Source: Isurus oxyrinchus
Lineage: Eukaryota
NCBI GenBank assembly: GCA_026770705.1
Contig: JANJGN010000007.1
Coordinates: forward strand, 96,782,001 to 96,846,000
Length of the DNA: 64,000 bases
Reading direction: 5' to 3'
The notes beneath the pieces are model-generated. The model worked only from the letters and a program-made list of their open reading frames with translations. It searched no databases and was not told the origin of the DNA. Position numbers and translations under genes: made by a program. Positions 1-14,351 of this stretch are shown here, piece after piece; the first letter of the stretch is position 1, and each line of letters starts with the position of its first letter.

Positions 1-136
1 CAGCGGGACGAGGCTTCCAGTACATTGGAAGAGGCACTGCCAATCCAGAAAGGGACATATTGCATCTGCGTGATATCTCATCCCACGCTCCAGGCTCCGA
101 AAATAGATGTTCATCTTGTATCCAACTGGAACGCGG
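1..136 (+). pseudogene. 3' part of an Ig C1-set exon, paralog of the 27441-27740 exon; probably pseudogenic
   Basis: Frame 1 reads QRDEASSTLEEALPIQKGTYCICVISHPTLQAPKIDVHLVSNWNA(G), then a phase-1 donor G|GTAAG at 136/137. It aligns with YELSSYLE...VTCQVTHRTL...VPNWK(G) of the intact gene. The start 'agc ggg ac gag' versus 'aac ggg ctt tat gaa' suggests a 4-nt deletion. No intact downstream TM exon found. Confidence 0.8.
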
Positions 137-394
137 GTAAGATGTGGGAACAATGCGATCTCACGGACATACTCCTTTAAAGTTCTACATTAAATGTGAT
201 GGAAAACGCACACAATTTGGTAGACTTTCATGCAGCTCGGTTTAGTGAAATGAAACATGTGCAATCATGTCCGTAGGTCTTTTGTCCACAGTTCCTTCGT
301 TAACACAAACTAATTAAAAAAAACACTGTTATTGATATTTTTGAGTTATAGTTTTGAAGCATGCATGTAGACTGCTCTGCCATTCTTTCAAGGG

Positions 395-690
395 ACGTTG
401 GCGACGCTGGATGGGCCCACCCCGAATTGCACTTGAGAACGTGGTGGTGAGCCGCCTTCTTTAACTGCAGCAGTCTCTGTGAGGTAGGTGCACCCACAGT
501 GCTGTTAGGGAGGGAGGTGCCGGATTTTGACCAAACGACAATGACGGAATGGCGTGATATTTCCAAGCCAAGATGGTGGGTTGTGTCGAGGAGAAATCCC
601 ATGTGCTGCTGTCCATTTTGTGGATGGTACACACTGCTGTAACTGGTCATTGATGGTGGAGGGAGTGGCTGCTGGAGGTGGTGATTTTGT
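395..690 (-). mobile_element. LINE 3'-end fragment (same family as 700-2715)
   Basis: Degenerate copy of 700-1080 (ggtgagccgccttctt...caggtgcacccacagtgctgttaggg...). Similar fragments at about 11940-12245 and 24020-24260. Confidence 0.75.
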
Positions 691-699
691 ATTCATTCG

Positions 700-2715
700 T
701 GGGCTCTGGGGGTCGCTGGTTAGTCCAGAATTTATGTTCCACCCTTAATTGCCTTTGAGAAGTAGTGGTGAGCAGTCTTCTTGAAGCGCTGTAGTCCATT
801 TGATGCAGGTGCACCCACAGTGCTGTTAGAGAGGGAGATCCAGGGTTTATGGTTCAGCCGCAGTGAAGGAATGGCGAGATATTTCCATTTCAGGATGATG
901 AATGGCTTGGAGGGGAATTTCCAGGTGGTGGTGTTCCCATGTATCTGTTGATCTTGTCCTTCAAATCGTAGTGGTTGTGGTTTGGAAGGTGCTGTATAAG
1001 GAGGCTTGGTGAGTTCCTGCAGTGCATCATGTAGATGGTACAACCTGCTGCTGCTGTGCGTCAGTGGTGGAGGGAGTGAATGTTTTTGAATTTGGTGCCA
1101 ATCGAGCGGGCTGTTTTGCCCTCGACAGTGTCAAGCTTCTTGAGTGTTGTTGGAGCTGCACTCATGCAGGCATGTGAAGATTGTTCCATCACACTCCTGT
1201 CTTGTGTCTTCTAGATTGTGGACAGGCTTTGCAGAGTCGAGAGGTGAGTTAATGTCCGCAGAATTGCAAGCCTTTGACTGCTCTTGTATTCGCACTATTT
1301 ATATGGCTGACCCAGTCCAATTTCGTTTCCATGTCAATGGTAAACCCCAGGATGTTGGCATTGGGGTTTCGGCGATTGTAATGCCATTGATTCTCATGGG
1401 AAGATCTTTGGATTCCCTCTTGTTGGAAATGCTCATTGCTTTGCACTCGTGTGTTTCGAATTTTATTTGCCACACATCCACCCAATTTGGAAAGTTGCGC
1501 CAGTTGTAAATAAGGAAATTACCCTGCGGAGCTCCTGCACTGATGTCCTGGGGCTAAGATGATGGACCTTCAACAACCACAATGCCCTTTATTTTGCTGA
1601 GTATGAATCCAATCAGTGGAGTGTTTCCCCCCTCATTCCCATTGGCTGCAGTTTTCCTGGGGCTCCACACTCGGTCAAATGCATCCTTGATGTCAAGGGC
1701 AGTTGTTCTCACTTCACCTCTTGAGTTCAGCTCTTTTGTCAGTTTGGACAGTGAGGTCATGAAGGTCAGGAGATGATTGGCCCTGGCACAACTCAACCTT
1801 AGTGTCAGCAAGCAGGTTATTGCTGAGTAAGTGCCATTTGGCAGCATTGTTGATGACCTCTTCCATCACTTTACTGATGATCGAGGGTAGACTGATCCAG
1901 AAGTAATTGGCCTGGTTGGATTTGTTCTGCTTTTTGTGAATAGAAACTACCTGGGCAGTTTTCCACATAGCCTGGCAGATTCCTGCATTGTGTCTGTTCT
2001 GGAGCAACTTGGATAAGAGCGCAGCTAGTTTTGGAGCACAAGTCTTCAGCACTATTGCTGGAATGTTGTCAGGGCCCAAAGCCTTTGAAGAATCCAGTGC
2101 CTTCTGCCATTTCTCGATATCACTTGGAGTAAACTGAATTGTCTGAAGACTGAGATTTGTGATGCTGGGGGCCGCTGGAGCAGGCCACGACGGATCACAC
2201 ACTCGTAACTTCTGGCTGAAGATTTTTGCAAATTCTTATGGGTTGTCTTTTGCATTAAATTGCTAGGTTCGAATATTAATGAGGATCAGATATTTGTGGA
2301 GCCTCCTCCTCCAGTGAGTTGTGTAACTATCGACCATCATTTTCAGCTGGATGCGGCGGCTTAAATCTGATTGATTGGTTGTGGTATAACTTAAGCTTTG
2401 TCTATTGCATGCTGCTTTCGCTGCTTTGCCTGTACCTTCGCTAGGTTGACACCTGCTTTTTATGTATGCCAAGTGCTGCTCCTGGGATGTCCCCCAGAAT
2501 CTTTCTTGAAGCAGGGTTGATCTCTCGTTTTTGTGGGGATGGCAGAGTATGGGATCTGCAGGTCAATGAGGTTACAACTTGTGGTTGATTTCTGCTGATG
2601 GCCCACAGCGGCTCATGGAAGCCTAGTTTTGAGTTGCTAGGCCAGTTTATCTATCCGATTTGGAAATCTACCCATTTAGCACGCTGGTAGTGCCACACAA
2701 AACAATGGATGATAT
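700..2715 (-). mobile_element. Degenerate non-LTR retrotransposon (CR1/L2-group LINE), RT region to 3' end
   Basis: ORF fragments KALGPDNIPAIVLKTCAPKLA...WKTAQVVSIHKK...ISLPSIISKVME (1714-2202) and TALDIKDAFDRVW (1554-1847); many stops and frameshifts. Confidence 0.9.
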
Positions 2716-3439
2716 CCCTGTAAGCAATAACTCTGTCAAGCATGGTTTTATCCTCGTTCCAATAAATAATTCGCTCTTATTTATATTTTTAAATATTCCT
2801 GTCAGGGCCCCTGCCATTTCTACACTAACGGAACAATGTGAGCTACCCTCCAATCTTCCAGCACCTCACCCGTGGCATTTGGTTACAAATGCTCCTGACC
2901 AGACGTTCCTGTAGAGAAGTAAATAAAGATGGGCTCAAGTTTGAAATCAGTAATGATCACGAAAATTAGTGAAGCTTCAAAGCAGGCAGCGTCTCTGGAG
3001 AATACAAAATACAGTTCAAGGTTTTCTGGATGAATACTTCTTCGTTCAAAAGGAAGATTGAATATGAACAGGTCGTGTCTTATGCTTAATTAATACAGAC
3101 AGAAAGGTATGCAAGTCAAATGTGCATGCAGAATAGCTAAAACAGAGACAAATACTCTCTATTAAGTGTCTGTAAAGAAAACTGGTACATGGCATGAGGC
3201 ATAATTCAGGCAATAGGGAGATTTCAAAGGACATCAGAGTCCATAATTACAGCAACTGGGTAATTTATATCTTTATTATAAAACTGGAAAAAGTAAACAC
3301 GGAACCCGGAATTGCCACAAACATCCTTTAAGTACATGAAAGAAGTTGACATCGTGTTTGATAAACAGCAATGTTTAAAAAAAAACAAGATTACAAATTT
3401 ACCTAAGGCTGACTTCAATTTGAGGAGACACAGACAGCC

Positions 3440-5090
3440 GAGCATAAACTGGACCAGTCAGTCATTGGCTAAAACAACAGACGTTCACCCGGCACTGCAC
3501 TGGAATGCTGCTTTGAGATGCATTCGAGTGCCTAAATTGGAGTTTGGTGAGTGAGGGACTTCTAAGGGTAAATTTAAGGATTGATTTCTATCTAAAGTCC
3601 AGTCTTTCTTTAATTTAGCATTTAACCAAAAGGTTCTCTTTGGGTTGCGAAAAAACAAGTTTTAGTCCAGCTTTAAAAAAGGGGCCATACAGGACCTGCT
3701 TGCAGCTGCAGCTAGCTAATTAGATAACTGGCTTATACAGATTCTCAAAAGCTAGATTAAGAGGCCATAAAAGCAGACTATCTGCAGTGTTGCCGTTTCA
3801 GTACTGCAGTGATGCTTTGGGCTGCATTAGAGTACTTGAATTTGAGTTTTCTGATTGGGAGCGTTTGTTGAAGAGGGAAGGAGCTGATACATTCATTTTC
3901 TACGTTTCCCTAGAAAGAGGAACAGCGGCCTTAGTCTGCAGGACCTGTTGAGTATTTCTACTGTACTTAATATTCCCTGAAATAAAGGAAGTAAAAGTAA
4001 AGCCATTAATTTAAGCGTAAGTCCTGCCAGAGCAGGCAGATAGGCCACGTTGAATGCTCCAACTGTCCAATGTGGGAGTCAAGGACACTTCCAGTGTCCA
4101 GGGCTACTACATGTGCAGGATGTGTCTCCAGCGGCAGCTATTCGAAATCCATTTTTCAAAGATGCAGCTGCGCCTGGAGTCACTATGGAGCATCCAAAAC
4201 CATTAGATATTCGTGAATAGCATGTACAGTGAGATGATCACATCATAGGCAAATAATTAACAGACATACATGGAATGGGTGACCGCCAGACTAAAAGCAC
4301 TAGGCAGATAGTGCAAGCGACCCCTGAGTCCGACTCCCTCTCTAACAGATTTTCCGTTTTGCAGTCTTGAAAGCAGTATATAGGGATTTACTAAATGAAT
4401 TAAAAAGCAGGGCCTCAATGGTAGTAATCTCAGGATTACTCCCAGTGCCACGTGCTAGCGAGATCACGAATAGGAGAATAGGCCAGATGAATGTGTGGCT
4501 GGAGAGATGGTGTAGGAAGGAGGGATTTACATTCCTGAGGCATTGGGTCTGATTCCGCGGAAGATCGGACTTGTACGAGTTGGACGGGTAGCACCCCATT
4601 AAGACAGGACCCATGTCCTCACAGTGGTAGTCAATAGTTTAGTTGTGGAAAATTCAAATGAGAGTGGCAGGCTGAAGGGATCCTGAATGGAGAGACACAA
4701 AGATAGGAATAGAAGACGGAAAAGTCAAAAGCAAAAGTGGAAGGCCGAGGAAACAAGTGTTAGAAGCAAATAGGGCCAAAGTACAAAACATGTGTAATAT
4801 ATTTAAAAAAGACAAGTCTAAAGGCACCATATCTGAATACATGGAATATTTGCAAAAAAAGTAGACAAATTAACAGTGCAAATACATGTAAATGGGTATG
4901 ATATGATTGCGATTATGGAAACATGTCTACAGGCTATCCAAGATTGGGAACTTACTATCCAAGGGTACTCAATATTTTTGAAGGACAGGCAAAAAGGTGG
5001 CGTGGAGATGTTAAGAACTTAATCAGTGCAATAATGAGAGAAAATATTAGCTCAGAAAATCTTGATGTGGAATCAGTTTGGTTGTAGCTA
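3440..5090 (+). mobile_element. CR1 LINE 5' portion (5'UTR, SGNH-esterase ORF1, start of AP endonuclease)
   Basis: LKSRASMVVISGLLPVPRASEITNRRIGQMNVWLERWCRKEGFTFLRHW (4367-4552) is typical of CR1 ORF1 esterase. Degenerate endonuclease start (YLN...YDMIAIMETCLQ) at about 4820-4935. Two related 5'UTR units near 3490 and 3800. Confidence 0.85.
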
Positions 5091-5789
5091 TTAGAAATGG
5101 GCAATAAATGCTGGTCTTGCATGGGCACGCTCATCTCGTGAATAAATAACGATTGAAGTCCAGAAAGAAAGGGATAATTCTCATAGTTTTTAGCCTCAAT
5201 GGATTTGCAATTCGTGGAAGTAAGAAAGGAATCAGAAATCAACCACAGATAAAACACATACTGTACTAGAATTATGTTAGAGCCTCGGAGGTGACATATG
5301 TCTTACTGAACAAGGTATACATTCTGTATAACCAACACAAATGCCAGCATTGCTAACATTCAAGTAGCTAAACACAGGAAATTCACAAAATATGAAAGTG
5401 AGGTCATTAAGGAAGTTGACTTATGTTATATCAACTTCAACGCAACAGTCGACGGAGAAGCTGGTAGAGAGGGACTAGGTGGATCACCCTTAAATAAAAC
5501 AGGACGCAAGATACACATATTGCAAGCAGGTGGAGATGCTTGGTATCAAATCTAAATATTGGGGTAGATTAGAAATCTATGACCCGAGCATAAATGTCCT
5601 TTAGCAAAGGAAATTTGCCTACCTTACCTGATCTATATCTGACTCCAGAGAGACTCTTATGTATGATTGACACGTAACTGTCCTCTGAATTGGCCTTGCA
5701 AGTAACTTAGTTGTAAACAAACTGCTAGAGAAAAGTAAAAAAAAAAACTGGACAGAACACCTGACATCAGCCTAAGCACCGGCATCGGC

Positions 5790-8700
5790 AGCAGCCATAT
5801 CAAGTCATCCCCAGAAGCCCTTGTGACGAGGCATGTGCCAAATTTTGGAGAGCTGTCTCGCAGACTAGGCAAATAACAGCCTGACATGTCTACGCAATCA
5901 TATTTTACACTCAATGTCGCAGAAACATCCGTGAGAATCCCTGGGTAAGTCCTGTCTCATCGGCAGGGCAGACTCTCCAGAAGTGGCACCACAGTTTTAA
6001 ACAGTTTGGAGGTAATTGCCGGGCATCAACACTGGCTCTGGACCCCATAATGTCTCATGCAATCAGGTCAAACATCGAATAGGAAATGTCCTGCTGATTA
6101 TGGCATACTACCTGCCCTCAATTATGAATTATTAGATATGCATGCTGAACACGACTTGGAAGAAGCAATGTAGGTAAAAAGGACACAGAATGCACGCTGA
6201 GTGGGGACCCTCATTGCCCATCACAAACTGTGGTTCAATAGCACGAGTACAGAACGAACTGGCCGAGCCCTGAAGGACATATCTACCAGATTGTGCCTGC
6301 GACAGGTGGTGGGGGAACCAACCAGTGGGAAAACCCTACAAGAACTCGCTCTCACTAATCTGCCTATTGCTGTTGCATCCGTCGGTGATGGTATTGTTAG
6401 GGATGATCAACTCCCAGGATTGGTAGAGAAGAAAACCCTTCTTTCCACAAAGGATGCCCTGCATTTTCTTGAAGGGCACTTCCAACTTGCTTAACGGGAT
6501 AGATTCAGACCAGAGTTATTAGCTGAAAACTAGCCATGCATGAGGTGCTGTGGGCTGTCAGCAGCAATGAAATTGTATTCAACCATAACCTCTAACTCCG
6601 TGGACCGGCTTAACCCTTATTGTACTCTGCCATTAAGCCAGAGGATGTGCAGGAAGGAATGCCAGGAGAAGCACCATGCATTGCTGAAATGAGTTACCAA
6701 GCTGGTGCGGCTGCAGCACAGGACTCAATACAACGGAAACAGTAAGCGATAGTCAGAGCTAAATATCAGACACCAACAGATGTGATCAAAGCTCTGCTGT
6801 CAGTTCAGGGACATACAGCGGTGCATGAAACTTAAAGAACTAACTGGATGAGGACGCTCCACAAATATCCTCACCGTGAATGATGAGGAACCCAGCACAT
6901 CATTTAAAGGGGAAGGCTGAAGCATTTAAAACCACTTTCAGCCAGCAGTTCTCAGCAGGTAGTCTAACTCGATCTCTTCCTGAATTCTGCAGTATCGCAG
7001 GTGCCAGTTGTCAAGCAATTCGATTCACTCCGTGTGATATAAAGACATGGTTGAAGGCATTGGATATAACCAAGGCTAAAGGCCCCAGCAACACGTCGGC
7101 AGCTGTATTAATGATTGGTGCTCCAAAACTAGCCTTGTCTCTGATTAAGCTGTTACAGTGCAGTTACATCACTGACATCTAACCAGCAATGTGACAAAAA
7201 TGCTCAGCTACATCCTGTACACAATTAGCATAGTTTTATGGATTGGACCATTCAGTATAATAGCAAATTAGTTATGCTAAACAATTTAAAACACTAGTTT
7301 GGCATTGGCTGGTGTATTCTGGCCACTCCTGGGCACCACTTTTTAGGAGAGGTACTAGAAAGGGTGCAGAAAAGATTTACTTGAAGCAAGAGATGAGGAA
7401 CCTGAATTAAATGTATAGTTTTGAGAAGTTGGGATTGTATCCTTGGGTAAGGGAAGATTGAGAGAAGATTTGATAAATTTATTCAAAATCACGAAGGCTT
7501 TGGGCGGAACAGACGGGGAGAAACTGTTCCATTGGTGGAAGGCTCGAGCATCAGAAGGCACAGAGTTAAGTTAATGAGCAAATCCAGCAATGGCGACATG
7601 TGAAAATAGAAATTCCCACAATGAGTGTTTAGCATCTGGAAGTCACTGCCTGAGAATGTGATGGAGGCATATCCAATCGAGGCATTCATAGGGGATCTTG
7701 ACTATTATTTGAAACGGAAAATGTGCAGTGTTACGAGTAAAGGCAGGATAATAGCATTAGATGAATGGCTCCCTCCGAGAGCCAGCACAACCACTTCACA
7801 TTGAAGGGCCCTGAGTTGTATTGCAGCTATTCCATGATTCTATGAACCTATGAAATTCAATTTGATCAATCAGCGTACAATCAGTCTATTCTCCATCATC
7901 ATCAATAGTACTATCAAGGGGCACTTTCACGACAATAAGCTGCTTCCAATGCTCAGTTTGGATTCCACCAGTGCCACTCGGATAGTGGCTTCATTCTACC
8001 TTTTGTCCTAACATGGACAAAATAGCTCAACTCAAGAGGTGAGCTGAGTCTGACTGTCATTGATACCAAGGCAGTATTTCCCCAAAAGTGGATCAGGAGC
8101 CCTAGCAAAATTGAATTCAATGGAAATCAGGGGAGAAAAAAAACACTCTTTATTGGAGGGAGTCAGGCCTAGCACAGTGCAAGACAGCTGTGGTTGTTGG
8201 AGGCCATTCATCTAAATCCCAGGACACCCTGCTGAATTTCCATTGTGTAGTCTCCTAGGTCGAAACATCCTCATATCCTTTATAATGACCTTCCTTCTAT
8301 TACAAGGTCAGAAGGAAAGGTGTTCGCTCATGATTGCACAGTGCCCTGTATCATTTGTGACGCCTCAGATACTGAAACAGGTTTTGTTCATACGCAGCAA
8401 GACCTGGACAGCATTCAGGCTTGTGCTCATAAGTGGCAAGTAGCATTTCAGCAACACAAGTGCTAAGCGATGACCATCTCCAACAAGAGAGAATCTAAAA
8501 TTTTTCATTAAACATCAATTGGCATTGCCATCCTTTTATGCCACAGTCAGAATCCTGGGGGTTGCCTTTGACCAGATACTAATTGTTCTAGCCATAGAAA
8601 TACTGTGGCTACAAGAGCGGATCAAAGGCTTGGAATACTGCAGCAAATAACTTACCTGCTGACTCCCAAAGGCTTGTCCACCATCTACAAGGTAGCAGTC

Positions 8701-9020
8701 AGGAGTTAACAACACTCATGAAGCTCCAAACTAACCAGAACAAAGCAGGACTCTTGATCAGCAACCCATCCTTCATTTGAACCATTTACTCGCTCCACAG
8801 ACAATCCAGAGTGGCAGCAAATTGCCAAGTCTCCTTTGACAGAGCTTTCCATACCGTAGAACTCTACCACTTAGAAAGACAAGGACAGCAGACACACGGG
8901 AGGGCCAGTACTAGCAAGTACCCCTTCAATCGCAGGTCATCCTGACTTGGAACTATACCGATGTTCTTTCACTTTCACTGGGTAGAAATTCAGGAATTCC
9001 TTTCCCAAGAGCACTGTAAT
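5790..9020 (+). mobile_element. Degenerate LINE (family of 700-2715, opposite orientation) with a nested CR1 3' fragment at about 7290-7850
   Basis: LRQVVGEPTSGK..LALTNLP (6201-6494) and IRFTPCDIKTWLKALDITKAKGP (6880-7182). The LINE resumes at about 7860. The nested piece ends in a CR1-type ccatgattctatgaacctatga tail. Confidence 0.85.
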
Positions 9021-9944
9021 TCTGCCTGAATGATCAGTATTTAAAACTATGATCTACAGGCACTTATGGACTGCCGTTTGAGAGTGGCTTCAAAAGAATA
9101 GCACCAGGCCATGTCAAACAATTTTATCTATTCACAGCTTTGCAGTTGCACTTGATGTCTACAGGTTCATAACAATGTTCCTTTGTGGCTAGTAACTTTA
9201 TTTGCTTCATAAGGAGGTCTAAATAAGGTTTTTTGTTTAGTTTAATGCAAACATGACAAAATATTTGTCATGTGTCACATTGACGCGCTCTGATCTGACA
9301 CTGCCAAGCGACCTTGAAACTCTTTGTAATGTTTAGATCAAGAAATGTCCATGACATCAACCAGTGCTGCAACAGATTTTCCAGTAACTTGGAATTAAAT
9401 TATACATGATTCTGCATGCATAAGATAACAACGTGATCAGGTTCTGTTGAGAACAATTATTTATTGATTGCACACACTTTGCAATAAGTCAGCAAAGATT
9501 TCTAACTGTTGGTGTTTCATAATTTCTCGAGTTTTACTAAATTTTTGCCATAGCAATATTAAATTGCAAAACATTCAGTTGCGCAATAACAAATGAATGC
9601 TAACAATAGGACCCCGGAATCTTGGTAATTTGACGATTATGCTTTTTTTTCTCAAGTACACATGATGAACTTTATTGTGGTAACATAGATGGAATTCATA
9701 ATTATGATAACAATTCTATATGACTGAATCAATAATTTTCCTCATAGCTATAAATAACTATATATTTCATTGGTTTATCGATATGCGATTGTTAAGCGGA
9801 AATTCGATGGGATATATCGCATGATAAATTTGTTTTATTTACATATTGCAGGCTGTAATGTGATTTGCAGACAAAAAGGACATATAGATAGACAAATTAC
9901 GCCTGTTTCAGCTAAATGAAATGAGTGACAGCCATTTGATGATT

Positions 9945-10215
9945 TATTCCTTAAGGCAATGCCTTGACCAACCAGGCTTAAGTTGCCTGGTTTAAATTTC
10001 AAACAGTGCTTGGCAGTTAACTGACAGTTATCATCAGTGGATCATTCTCCATGGCCACGCCTCTACCAATCAGAGTCCACTTGCCAACCAATCAGCACTC
10101 TCTTCACATGCAGTATAAGTTGTTTCCACCTTATACTTGTATTCTTGCGAAGTGTTCTGATGAATGCAAGATGAAAAGGTTCATCAAGTCGCTTTTCGCA
10201 TCAATACTCAATTTT
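9945..10215 (+). mobile_element. Penelope-like element pseudo-LTR fragment with hammerhead-like motif
   Basis: CTGATGA-atgcaagat-GAAA at 10157-10176. The same pLTR sequence occurs in reverse at about 11545-11630, next to a Penelope RT. Confidence 0.65.
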
Positions 10216-11480
10216 GATCGCTTCCTTAACTTATTTCAATTAGTCAACCATGGATGGTGGTTCCTTCCCTTAGAGTTTTTTTTTAGAGTGGGAATATACT
10301 TACTGTGAGTATTCTGAAATGTCTGCTTAAATGCCTGATGCTGCTGCTCCATTGAACTATCCCCTAGTTGAGTATCCCTGTTCATTTCAGCTAGGTCAGC
10401 TGTCATGTCCATGTTGTTGTACATATTTAACTTTATAATACTAGTCTTAGACTCACTCTTCTCCTCATTAAACTGGACGCAGAATTCAATCATATAGTGG
10501 CTGATACTACATGGGGGTGCTTTCACTGTGAGGTCATTAATTAATCCTGTCACATTACACAATACCAATCTATTATCACGTATGCTCTGGTTGGTTCCAA
10601 ATTTGCTGCTCTAAGAAACTAGCACAAGAGCATTCTAGGAACTCCTTATACAGGCAACCACTGCCAATCTGATGTTTTCAGCTAATACATAGATTAACAT
10701 CACCCATGATTATTACCGTCTCTTTATCACACGCACCCAATATTTCTCCTGGGATATTTTGTCCTACATTGAGGTTACTGTTAGGGAGCTTGTGAACCAC
10801 TCCCACTGTTGACTTATTTCCCTTAATATTCCTCAACTCCACCCAAACTGATTCTACATACTGATCTCCTGACCCAAGGACATATCTAACTATTGCATAC
10901 CATCCTTGAGCAATAACGTTACCCCTCCACCTAGCTTCCCTTTCTTCTTGAATGTCATTTACCCCTCATTCAGCAAGACTCAGTCCTTGCCATCCTACAG
11001 CCATGTTTCTGTAAGCGTGATCAGATCATCTTTACTTACTTCAAAGTGTGCGATGAATTAATTTACTTTGTTATGCAGCTATGCATATTCAGATACTTAA
11101 CCCGTGGTTTTGTCTTTTTATTATCTTTGTAACAACTAGTCTTAACTATTGGTGTATTCTCAGCTTTTTTTCTCTGTCCTTTTTTGCTATTCAATGACTC
11201 TCGTTTGGCATATTACTCTTATGCTCTCCTGCCTTGCACCTACCCCATGATTTGCTACATCTATGCAAGCTTGATCCCTCGCCTCACTTGTTTAATTTAA
11301 CGTTCTCTCTACTCCCCTAGCTATGCGATTTACAAGAATACTCGTCCCATACAGTTCACATGTTGACAGCTCCAACTGTATACCCACACTTTCACTTTCC
11401 CCAGTACTGGTGCTGGTGCCCCACGAACCTGATCCCACTTCGCCCATACCAGCCTTTTAGCCAAATGTTCTGTTTCTGTG
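10216..11480 (-). mobile_element. CR1 LINE fragment (endonuclease region)
   Basis: VLCNVTGLINDLTVKAPPCSISHYMIEF...KGRNHHPWLT (10236-10568) matches the CR1 ORF2 endonuclease C-terminus (SDH motif region) and linker. Confidence 0.85.
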
Positions 11481-11539
11481 CCGACTATCCTGTAATCCTA
11501 TTTAAGTTAATTCTCGTTTGGTAATAGAATCTAGCACTG

Positions 11540-13330
11540 CCGAAAAAGGATACGATTTCGAAGCTTTTCTCCTTGCACTCTTCAAGACAATTCGCAAGAC
11601 TGCCGAATGTAAAGGGAACAACAATTCTGAGAATAGTGTGCCGATTGGATGAGCGCAGGGTTGAGCCCATTTACGTGTGTAAGGAAATACTTCCATTCAG
11701 CTGGGGTCTCAAATGTAACAAACGTATCATCTTCATTTCGGAAATACGCAAGCTGATGGGGGCTGGATGTCATTCCGTCGAATACACGTTTCTCGTGGGA
11801 CCCAACAAAGGCACTTGTGAGAGTTAGATGTAAAGGACATCTCATGGCAAAATCATCTATTTGAAAACACATGGTGCCCTGAAAATTGAATTCAACTGCG
11901 CGAGTTGCTGATTTCATAAGTACAGTGAATACTGATACATTTATTTTTATCCATTCATGGATGTGAGTGTCGCTGGACAGGCCGGCATTTATTGCCCATA
12001 TCCAATTCCTTTTGAGAAGGTAGAGGTGAACTGCCTTTGAACGACTGCAGTCATGTGGTGTAGGTACACCCGTAGTGCTATTTGGGAGGGCTTTCCAGGA
12101 TTAGGAACCACCGATAGTGAAAGAACGACGATATATTTTCAAGTCAACGTGGTGAGTGGCGTGGAAGGGAACTTCCAGGTGGTTGTGTTCTCATGTCTTT
12201 CTTGAAGGCAATGCTCCTCGGTTTGGAAGATGCTATCTAAGGATATAATGGCGGTGGGGTTTAGATTCACGATATATTGCTGCAGTGTCTGGAAGTCTTT
12301 GACTTCCTTGAACCATACATTAGTGAATAGGCTAGCAATGTCAAATTAGTATTTTGACACCAAATCGCTATTGGTATGCAAGTCCTGCATTTGAAGGAAT
12401 CCTGCACAGTGATGGCAGCAACACGTCCAGCCATTTGGCCAATTCATGTTGTGCAGAGCCAGTCATAAATAAGATAGGAATTATAGGGGCGTCACTTTTC
12501 TTTGTCTTGGCTAGCTCATACATACGTGAATGCGGTGAGTCGTGAGCACGAATCCTATCATATATATTACTCGGCAGGTCGTTGCTCTCGCACATGTTCA
12601 ACAAACAATTATTCTTTTAGCTTGCTTCCGAGTAAGGCTTTCCTGTCATGCAGGGCGACAGTTCCAATGGATAAGATTTTGGATCCTTCATTAAGAATGG
12701 CGTGCAATTTGTTGATGTAGCCACGCTTGTTAAGGGTAACTGTACCAGTCCCTTTGTTGGGTTTACAGATGTGTATGTTCGGGTTAGCCGTTAGTCTTCT
12801 CAGCGCTACCAGATCAGGCATACCAGACTTGCACATGAGTCATTGGGAATCCCGCAATATGCGTGCGCTAGATCAGCAAGGCGCGTCTTCAAGGATTCAG
12901 TGTCATCAGTGGATGCTGATTCTGGAGGGACAGCTGGGAGTAAAGGTGTCCGGACTCAGCAAATGCATCTTCTCGTTTGATGTAGGACGAAGGCACATCA
13001 AAACAGAAACTTTGCCCAAAAGCAAACTCCTTAATTTCAGAAGTACATGGTCAGAGGGATTTACGACTTGTTTGGTGGCTTGCAATTGCAATTCTAAACT
13101 ACTTTTTGATGTGAAGTGTCTGGATCCTGAAAAGCCAAGTCCGGGAAATATTCAACCAAACATGTGGCTGGTAGTGAATCCATCTGCCACCTGAGCTCAG
13201 AAATCCTCAGCCTGATTTGAACAGTTGCTGTCACGCCGTGCAAATATGGGCCTTCTGGGAGCATAAAGCATCCCGAAGTTCCCACGAGCCGCACGAATTA
13301 AAGATTGTAGTTCCCTGAAAGTCCTCCATA
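11540..13330 (-). mobile_element. Degenerate Penelope-like element (RT), interrupted by a LINE fragment at about 11940-12245
   Basis: PLE RT motifs: LTANPNIHICKPNKGTGTVTLNKRGYINKL, RMYELAKTKKSDAPIIPIL..GSAQHELAKWL, FNFQGTMCFQIDDFAMRCPL, YFRNEDDTFV (degenerate RYVDD). Confidence 0.85.
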
Positions 13331-14351
13331 TTTATTAAAACACTTTAAAAAAGAGCTTCTTAGAAACAGTGCAGATTTTGTTTGAAGTAGATGTTGCCAA
13401 AAAGGACTTTTTACATTGGCTTCTTGAAATTAATTAAGCAAATATCTACTGAGATACTAAACAACATAAGGTAACTATTACTTAGCTATATACTTAAGTT
13501 AGATAATTATCAAATAATCCTCAAGCTCTTTAGCTTCACGAGTTCATTTGAGAACCATATTCCGCCTGTCAAATAAATTGATTGTATCACCAAATTCCCG
13601 GCTCCCACGTTAGTCATCATGAACTAACATTATAATTCGCCGATTACTGCCTCGAAAATCTGAGCCCGAACCGTGGCCCACAGCTCCAGGTAAAGGTCAT
13701 CCCAAAGTTTATTGCAAATGAGCGTGATCAGGAAAAGTGTGGAGGATATTTATTTTTTTATTCTTACATGGGATCTGGATATTACTGGCAAAACCAGCCA
13801 TTTGCTGCCCATCTCCAATTGCTCCGAAAGGCTTGCCGCGCCATTTCAGAGGCAGCAAAGAAAGAATCAGCCACGTCGCTCTGAATCTGGAATTACCTAT
13901 AGATCAGACGAGCTGGAGGGATGATTTCATCCTATAAAGGAGAATCGCTCCTTAACGTGAACTAAGCAAATGCCCACTGAGAGATCTAGTTATCTAGCTA
14001 ATTAACCTATAAGTATACTCAATGTCAGTAGTTCGATGCCTTCTTGACATAGCCATATTCCAACCCGCCCCCGGCCCCATGAAATTCATGATATCACGAA
14101 ATTCCCAGTCCCACGCTGTCTGTCATCCGCCAAACCTGATATGTTTTCATGACAATGGATCACAATTAGTGAAACTAGTTTCCAATTCCAGCATGATTAA
14201 CTGGTTGAATTTGATATCCAATAGTCGCTGTAGCTGGATTTTATATTCGTGCCCAAAAACAGTATACAAATTTTTTTAAAAAAGTCCTCGTGACATTAAC
14301 AATATGCTACCCACTTTGGAGCGTGAAAGCAACATTATTTCCAGACGATTA

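Noticed and set aside
495-530. CACAGTG heptamers (496, 816, 29016, 59447, 62664 and others) as RSS
   Set aside because: Where I checked, no ACAAAAACC-like nonamer lies at 12 or 23 bp. Several are inside LINE or transposon sequence, and none flanks a V or J.
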